64,000 nucleotides of DNA, from assembly GCA_051294375.1 (NCBI GenBank), contig CM119265.1:20804221-20868220 (forward strand), in the 5' to 3' direction. The position numbers and the translations under genes are program-made. This DNA comes from Paraspadella gotoi (lineage: Eukaryota; Animalia; Chaetognatha). Numbering within the stretch: position 1 is the stretch's first letter; each line of letters begins with the position of its first letter. Below the pieces are notes generated by a model, which worked only from the letters and a program-made list of their open reading frames with translations, ran no database searches and was not told where the DNA came from. Of the stretch, positions 55,868 through 64,000 are shown in pieces.

Positions 55868-58347
55868 CTTGCTCTTTTTTTCGGGTCGAGGTCGACTTTG
55901 GCGGAATATTGATCACATCGTCGAGGAGCGAGCGGCTCGATTCTCGTCAGCGAATTCCCGACCGAAGAAAAAAAAGATAAGTAGGGGAAAAGAGAGAAAA
56001 AATAGAGAGGTAGAGAGGCGAAGAGAAAGTTAAATGTCAAGGAATGGAACCTGGAAGTTTGGAAAGAACAAAAGTTTTGAAAGTGGATGAATAGAAAGGA
56101 GAATCAAATAGAGGTAAAGGGTGAATCTGTTGAAATTAAAAAAAATTGTGAGTATAAATGGCAAGGAGATGATTGTATTGAACCTTTTTAAGGATGAATT
56201 ACATCTCCGAGAATTTCACGGTTACCATGAATTTTCAGATTCGGAATCTTTGTTTTAACAAGGATCTTGACTTCAGCGAAACTTGAAAGTGGAATTCGAA
56301 ATTGAGGACCCAAGATCCAGACCTCTCCGACCCACCCCTTCAACTTCCCCTTTTCTCCGCCTTTCTCCTCGAATCGTTAAATATCGAAATTTCCAAAACC
56401 AAGGGGTCTCTCTTCCGTCTCTCTGCTCCGTCTCTCTCTCCGACTCTCTCTCCACTTTCTCTCTCCAGTTTTTTCTCTCTCTCGACTTCAAGTTTCTTCT
56501 TTTCCTTTTTTCGTGTCCTCTTATATTTTTTTATTTTCACATTTTCTTTTCAGTTTTGGCAATTTGCAATAGAATCATTATCGTTTTCTTTTTGGTTTGC
56601 GACACTAAATTAAAAAAAAAAAAACCAAAACCTAGTCGTCCCTTTTCCTTTTCTTCTCCCTTACTTTCGGAATTCCTTTCCTCTCTCTTTTTCCTTTTTT
56701 ATCTCTTCTTCATTTTCCTTTCCTTCCTGTTTTCTCTTCCCCTCCCGTCTCTTCCATTTTTTTCATTTGCTTCCTTTCCTTTTAGTATTTTCTCCCTCTT
56801 CTTTCCTTTCTTTCTGTCTTTCCAATTTTATTCCACTCTCTTTTTTCTCTCTAAATTTGTCCTTTTTCACTTTCCTCCCTTTCCTTTTCCTCTCATCCTT
56901 CCTCGAGACTTTCACTCTCTCTTTTTCTTGCTCTTTTTTTCGGGTCGAGGTCGACTTTGGCGGGAATATTGATCACATCGTCGAAGGAGCGACGCGGCTC
57001 GATTTCTCGTCAGCGAATTCCCGACCGAAGAAAAAAAAGATAAGTAGGGGAAAAGAGAGAAAAAATAGAGAGGTAGAGAGGCGAAGAGAAAGGTTAAATG
57101 TCAAGGAATGGAACCTGGAAGTTTGGAAAGAACAAAAGTTTGAAAGTGGATGAATAGAAAGAGAATAATAGAGGTAAAGGGTGAATCTGTTGAAATTAAA
57201 AAAAATTGTGAGTATAAAATGGCAAGGAGAGATTGTATGTGAACTTTAAGGATGAATTACATCTCCGAGAATTTCACGGTTACATGAATTTTCAGATCCG
57301 GAATCTTGTTAACAAGGATCTTGACTTCAGCCGAACTTGAAGCGGAATTCGAAATGAGACCCAAGGATCCAGACCTCTTCCCGACCCACCCCTCAACTTA
57401 CCCTTTTCCTCCGCCTTTCTCCTCGAATCGTTAAATATCGAAATTTCCAAACCAAGGGGTCTCTCTCCGTCTCTCTCTCCGTCTCTCTCTCCGACTCTCT
57501 CTCACTCTCTCTCCAGTTTTTTCTCTCTCTCGACTTCCAAGTTCTTCTTTTCCTTTTTTTTTCGTGTCCTCTTATATTTTTTTATTTTTTCACATTTTCT
57601 TTTCAGTTTTGCAATTTGCATAGAATCATTATCGTTTTCTTTTTGGTTTGCGACACTAAATTAAAAAAAAAAAACCAAAACCTAGTCGTCCCTTTTCCTT
57701 TTTCTTCTCCCTTTACTTTCGGAATTTCCTTTCCTCTCTCTTTTCTCCTTTTATCTCTTTCTTCATTTTCCTTTTCCCTTCCTGTTTCTCTTCCCCCTCC
57801 GTCTCTTCCATTTTTTTCATTTGCTTCTTTCCTTTTTAGTATTTTCTCCCTCTCTTTCCTTTCTTTCTGTCTTTCCATTTTATCCACTCTTTCTTTTTTC
57901 TCTCTAAATTTGTCCTTTTTCCACTTTCCTCCCTTTCCTTTTTCCTCTCATCCTCCTCGAGACATTTCGACATTTTTTTTACCTCCCAAACAAACTCGTT
58001 CGACCGCGAAGAAGATGATTCGATGCAGCGACGCGATTCGCCTCCAACAATCGCGAGACACACACACTCTCTCTCTCTCTCTTTCTCTTTCTCTTCCCTA
58101 TACTTCTTGAATTCAATATCGAAGACCTTTCAAAGTCTTGACTGTCTCCCACTCTCTCTCACTCTTTCTCCCTCTCTCTCTTTCTCTCTCTTTCCTCTCT
58201 CTTCTCTGCTCTCTTGCTCTCGTGCTCTTCTCTCTGCTTCGTCTCTCATGACCCTCCTACACTTCTTGAATTCAATATCAAAGGACCTTTTCAAAGTCTT
58301 GACCTGTCTCCCATCTCTCTCTCACTCTTTTCTCCCTCTTCTCTTCT

Positions 58348-58387
<40 letters not shown>

Positions 58388-60028
58388 CTCTCTCTCTCAT
58401 CTCTCTCTTCCCTAAATACTTCTTGAATTCAATATCGAAGACCTTTCAAAGTCTTGACTGTCTCTCTCTTCTCTCTCTCTCATCTCATTCTCTCTCTTAT
58501 CTCGATCTCTCCTCTTCCTCTTCTCTCCTACACTTTCTTGGTACTTTCGAATATCGCGATAGACCCTTTTCATAAGCTTGAACTGCTCCTCGGCACTCTC
58601 ACTAGCATAATCTTTCGGATTCGAGAAAATCTTTTTGTATTTTGTGTTGTACATTTGTTTGTTAGGTTTACTTGACTTCTTCTTCTTTCAAAGAGAAGAA
58701 TTTAAATCATGAAAAATTGAAGAAAAAGCGTCATTCTCCTGTCAACGAGGATGAGTTCTTAATGATTATTTAACATTGGATTTAGTTTGTTATTTTATAA
58801 CCAACAAAATAACAGTTCATCGCACATGAGGTTTGACCTTTCACCGATCTACCCCCCCNNNNNNNNNNNNNNNNNNNNNNNNNGAGAAAGGTTAAATGTC
58901 AAGGAATGGAACCTGGAAGTTTGGAAAGAACAAAAGTTTGAAAGTGGATGAATAGAAAGAGAATAATAGAGGTAAAGGGTGAATCTGTTTGAAATTTAAA
59001 AAAAATTGTGAGTATAAAATGGCAAGGAGAGATTGTATGTGAACTTTAAGGATGAATTACATCTCCGAGAATTTCACGGTTACATGAATTTTCAGATCCG
59101 GAATCTTGTTAACAAGGATCTTGACTTCAGCCGAACTTGAAGCGGAATTCGAAATGAGACCCAAGGATCCAGACCTCTTCCCGACCCACCCCTCAACTTA
59201 CCCTTTTCCTCCGCCTTTCTCCTCGAATCGTTAAATATCGAAATTTCCAAACCAAGGGGTCTCTCTCCGTCTCTCTCTCCGTCTCTCTCTCCGACTCTCT
59301 CTCACTCTCTCTCCAGTTTTTTCTCTCTCTCGACTTCCAAGTTCTTCTTTTCCTTTTTTTTCGTGTCCTCTTATATTTTTTTTATTTTTTCACATTTTCT
59401 TTTCAGTTTTGCAATTTGCATAGAATCATTATCGTTTTCTTTTTGGTTTGCGACACTAAATTAAAAAAAAAAACCAAAACCTAGTCGTCCCTTTTCCTTT
59501 TTCTTCTCCCTTTACTTCGGAATTTCCTTTCCTCTCTCTTTTCTCCTTTTATCTCTTTCTTCATTTTCCTTTTCCCTTCCTGTTTCTCTTCCCCCTCCGT
59601 CTCTTCCATTTTTTTCATTTGCTTCTTTCCTTTTTAGTATTTTCTCCCTCTCTTTCCTTTCTTTCTGTCTTTCCATTTTATCCACTCTTTCTTTTTTCTC
59701 TCTAAATTTGTCCTTTTTCCACTTTCCTCCTTTCCTTTTTCCTCTCATCCTCCTCGAGACATTTCGACATTTTTTTTACCTCCCAAACAAACTCGTTCGA
59801 CCGCGAAGAAGATGATTCGATGCAGCGACGCGATTCGCCTCCAACAATCGCGAGACACACACACTCTCTCTCTCTCTCTTTCTCTTTCTCTTCCCTATAC
59901 TTCTTGAATTCAATATCGAAGACCTTTCAAAGTCTTGACTGTCTCCCACTCTCTCTCACTCTTTCTCCCTCTCTCTCTTTCTCTTCTCTTTCTCTCTCTT
60001 TCTTCCTCTTCTCTCTCTCTCTTCTCTT

Positions 60029-60059
<31 letters not shown>

Positions 60060-60157
60060 CTCCTCCTTTGCTCACACTTCTTGAATTCAATATCAAGACC
60101 TTTCAAAGTCTTGAAACCTGTCTCCCACTCTCTCTCACTCTTTCTCCCTCTCTCCTT

Positions 60158-60219
<62 letters not shown>

Positions 60220-60272
60220 TCTTCCCTATACTTCCTTGAATTCAATATCGAAGACCTTTCAAAAGTCTTGAC

Positions 60273-60323
<51 letters not shown>

Positions 60324-60645
60324 CTACACTTCTTGGAATTCAATATCGAAGACCTTTCAAAGTCTTGACTGTCTCGCACTCTCACTAGCATAATCTTTCG
60401 GATTCGAGAAAATCTTTTTTGTATTTTGTGTTGTACATTTGTTTGTTAGGTTTACTTGACTTCCTTCTTCTTTCAAAGAGAAGATTTAAATCATGAAAAA
60501 TTGAAGAAAAAGCGTCCATTCTCCTGTCAAACGAGGATGAGTTCTTAATGATTATTTAAACATTGGTTTAGTTTGTTATTTTATAACGCACAAAATAACA
60601 GTTCATCGCACATGAGGTTTGACCTTTCACCGATCTACCCCCCCC
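55868..60645. repeat. tandemly repeated ~1.06-1.8 kb block with CT-rich minisatellite, probably partly an assembly artefact
   Basis: 55868-56930 resembles 56930-57960 with many 1-nt indels. 57086-58858 resembles 58884-60645 on either side of the N gap at 58859-58883. Internal unit TTCTTGAATTCAATATCGAAGACCTTTCAAAGTCTTGACTGTCTC plus (CT)n. Confidence 0.85.
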
Positions 60646-60869
60646 CTCCTCTTTTCCTCCCCCCACACTCTCACATCATCTATTCCTCTGGCGTCTGCAT
60701 CTAAATTCACAGTCGATCCTAACTCACTGACCGACTATTGTTTCACGCCAGCTTTTATCCGGTGATATCGATGACATTGCCGATGATAGTGACGATGACA
60801 ATGACATATCATAAACACGAATCAGCATTTCCGAATACGAATCGGTTTTGACTCAACCAACGCATTGAG

Positions 60870-61040
60870 GCGACAACACGACATCTAGAAATCTCGACAA
60901 CACGGCATCTCGACAACTCGACATCTCGACATCTCGACAACATGACATCTAGACATCTTGACAATACAACATCTAGACATCTCGACAACACGACATCTCG
61001 ACAACACGACATTTGGACAACACGACAGCACGACATCTCG
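60870..61040. repeat. degenerate minisatellite of CGACAACA / CGACATCT 8-mers
   Basis: Repeated CGACAACACGACATCT-type units. These explain the spurious SRCRDVV-repeat ORF 60809..61123. Confidence 0.85.
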
Positions 61041-61090
61041 ATTTCTCTCCAACTCACTGCAAGAATCACAAAGTCATCTAGGTGCCCGGT

Positions 61091-61360
61091 GACGCCATCA
61101 TAACGCCACTGCGACGCCATCATAACGCCACTGCGACGCCATCATAACGTCACTGCGACGCCAACATAACGTCACTGCGACGCCATCATAACGCCACTGC
61201 GACGCCATCATAACGCCACTGCGACGCCATCATGACGCCACTGCGACGCCATCATGACGCCACTGCGACGCCATCATAACGCCACTGCGACGCCATCATA
61301 ACGCACTGCGACGCCATCATAACGCCACTGCGACGCCATCATGACGCCACTGCGACGCCA
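61091..61360. repeat. 22-bp minisatellite GACGCCATCATAACGCCACTGC, about 12 copies
   Basis: Head-to-tail near-identical units with no spacers. Confidence 0.92.
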
Positions 61361-61439
61361 AAGCGATCGGCCCCTTTCGACGAACTCGATTCTTTTCCTG
61401 TCTTGTTTTCTTCATCCCAGCATTTGAAAAATCATATCG

Positions 61440-61480
<41 letters not shown>

Positions 61481-61674
61481 ATTCACTTCCTTCCCTTTGT
61501 AAATTTTATAGTGTTGCTTCCTTTTTGTCAGTTCGTTCAATGCACCAGTCAAGTCGGGCTTTGAAGGGATTGTTAACTAAAAGTGGAGGGAGATAGAGAA
61601 CAGAGAGAACATTGAACATTGAACATTGAACATTTATCTGAGTGGGGCTTTAGGCAGAGAGAGAGATAGGGGGA

Positions 61675-61915
<241 letters not shown>

Positions 61916-62712
61916 CAAAGCAACAGTGAAAAAAAAAAAGAATGACGATTATAAATATAATGAACTTGAATTGAGTCTCACGGCCGAAGGGGCAAAGATT
62001 CCCAACGGATCACAGTTATATGGAAACTTCGTTGGGTTTTTTTTTCTTTTTTTCTTTTTTAGAAATGGAGTTTTTTTTTTTTTTTTTTGTTCCTCGAGTC
62101 AGAAGCGGGAATCTTCTTCAGATGGGACGAGGCTTAGAACAGGAGAAGTTATTAAGGCGCGAAATTGGAGAATCGCGGCTGCACGAAAACAAAGGGAAAC
62201 CGCGACCGAAAAAAAAAGTGAGTTACTAATGAGTTTAACAAGTTAATTTAACTGCTGAACGAAGTTTCGTCGCCATTCTTTTAATTAGAGCAATGCGCAA
62301 TCCCGGGACATTACACCATGCGCGTGTAAATACTGTTAGTACTGCTAGTACACGCGCGCGTGTAAAATCGTCTCTAATCATCGAAACCAAAGAGAGTGGG
62401 CGCGCCCCAGAGTGGAGGCGTAAAGCCTCTCGCGAGAGCAAAGGTTGTGAATTCTCGTAATTATTCGTAATAGACACGTGATTGACAAAAACGCCATCGC
62501 GCGGTTATATTTTCTTCGTCGCTTATTTTTCTCGGTTTGTGATTGTGACTTTGAAAAAACAAACGCGGCTCCTCATTATTTATTCATTCGTCTCTTTTTT
62601 TCCAGTCAAATTATCATTTTTGTCTTTCATTCTTTCTTTCTTTATTTGTTTCTTTGTTTCTTTCTTTCTCCTTTTCTTTCTCTCTCTTGCTCTCTATCTC
62701 TTCTCCCTCTCT

Positions 62713-62758
<46 letters not shown>

Positions 62759-63118
62759 CCCCTCTCTCCCTCTTTGACTTTGTCCGTCTCAGTCGTGCGT
62801 CACCGACGTTCGCGTCAACCGTGGAACGTCACGCGAGGAAATTCCTTTTTCTGTCAGAGTAGCGATAGATTAATGACGACGAAGTTGACCGGCTTGTGAC
62901 TGGATTGTGATTCAAACGTGTTATATGTGATGGATTATGATAATGATAGATCCGTAATGGAGTTATGGGTCAATGATACTTTGTGATGGTGACGGAATTT
63001 GGGGTGATTGGGTGATAATCGGTTATAAATTACGATGGTGACAGATTTACGACGACTAGTGGTGACGCGAGCTGTGATAGATTGTGATGTGATTAACGAG
63101 GGAGTGGAGACTGGAGAC

Positions 63119-63190
<72 letters not shown>

Positions 63191-63299
63191 GAGAGAGAGA
63201 GAGTAGGACGAAGACAGAGTCGAAGAGTTATCGGCTTCACAGCTCGACCCCCTGGGGGCGCGGAAGAGGAAAATAGGGGAGAAGAGAGGGCAGAGAAGA

Positions 63300-63485
63300 G
63301 AAGAGAAAGAAAAGAAAAGAAAAGAAAAGAAAAGAAAAAGAAAAGACAAGACAAGACAAGACAAGACAAGACAGACAGACAAGACAAGACAAGACAAGAC
63401 AAGACAAGACAAGACAAGACAAGACAAGACAAAGACAAGACAAGACAAGACAAGACAAGACAAGACAAGACAAGCAAACAAGACA
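63300..63485. repeat. compound microsatellite (GAAAA)n-(GACAA)n
   Basis: Directly visible. It explains the VLSCL-repeat ORFs. Confidence 0.95.
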
Positions 63486-63690
63486 AACAATTAAAAAAGA
63501 ACTGAACCGATGGAAAGTCTCGGACGATTTATCAAAACAAAAGATGTCGAACTGAATTTTTCTGAGTAGCGAAAATTTATGTCCAAATATATGGATATTT
63601 TTGATATTAGAAGCAAAGAAAATTTATTGTGTATTGTACTTAATAAAAGTAAGGACGGAAATTCTGAGGATTTATGAATTCTCCTATTAA

Positions 63691-63903
63691 GGCAACGGAG
63701 GGACATGTGTGATGCCTGGGGTGTGAGGCATCTCCCGACAGCTGGCGCTCGGGGCTTTGGACCTGCAGTGACCACCCCATGTTACTGGCGTGAGGGGATT
63801 GAACCCACTCACGGTTGGTGAACGAGTCCTTGGCTGTCCAAGCCAATGGGACGAGCTGAGTTTCCCCAAGCTATACGGGAGGAAAATTTAGGATTCGCCA
63901 CAC
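63691..63903 (-). mobile_element. tRNA-derived interspersed element, family B, copy 2
   Basis: Similar to 32169-32393. Minus-strand A-box-like TGGCTTGGACAG and B box GGTTCAATCCC. Confidence 0.65.
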
Positions 63904-64000
63904 TATCCTTTCTTCCTTCTTGTTATTTCATGAAACTTGAAAGAATGAAACCCTATATCTATTATATCGGGCAAATTAGCTGTCGTTAAAATATTTTTTT

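Noticed and set aside
55868-60645. Biological tandem segmental duplication
   Set aside because: Copies flank an N gap and differ mainly by homopolymer indels, typical of unmerged overlaps or noisy gap filling. It cannot be called real without raw reads.
61091-61360. Possible CRISPR array
   Set aside because: The units are head-to-tail with no unique spacers, there are no cas genes, and the context is eukaryotic. It is a minisatellite.

Overview
This is eukaryotic (invertebrate metazoan) genomic DNA. It has short GT-AG introns (mostly about 55-100 nt), CpG-rich exons, AT-rich introns, many microsatellites and several assembly gaps. The dominant gene is MEGF8 (+ strand, about 50 exons, 13527-35410), whose first coding exon I could not find in the window. 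Two complete antisense genes lie inside MEGF8 introns: a 227-aa orphan with a signal peptide and putative GPI signal, and a 489-aa three-Ig-domain type I membrane protein. Upstream, and possibly inside MEGF8 intron 1, is a tail-to-tail pair. One is a coiled-coil/mucin-stalk/TM protein (+). The other is a 1869-aa secreted-looking protein (-) made of a ~800-aa coiled coil, a divergent pentraxin-like domain and about 17 acidic ~30-aa repeats. Downstream of MEGF8 are a short RPS26(eS26)-derived ORF lacking the zinc-finger cysteines, an 11-exon orphan gene with 13-aa repeats, and a chymotrypsin-type S1 protease with a C-terminal ShK domain. Non-autonomous elements include Helentron-associated (HINE-like) repeats, a 1-kb foldback element, a MITE with TTAGGG-like repeats, and tRNA-cassette-bearing elements, one family with 8-bp target-site duplications. 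From 55 to 64 kb the sequence is non-coding, repetitive and partly an assembly artefact. All gene models were spliced by hand from GT/AG signals and phase continuity; no database searches were run.
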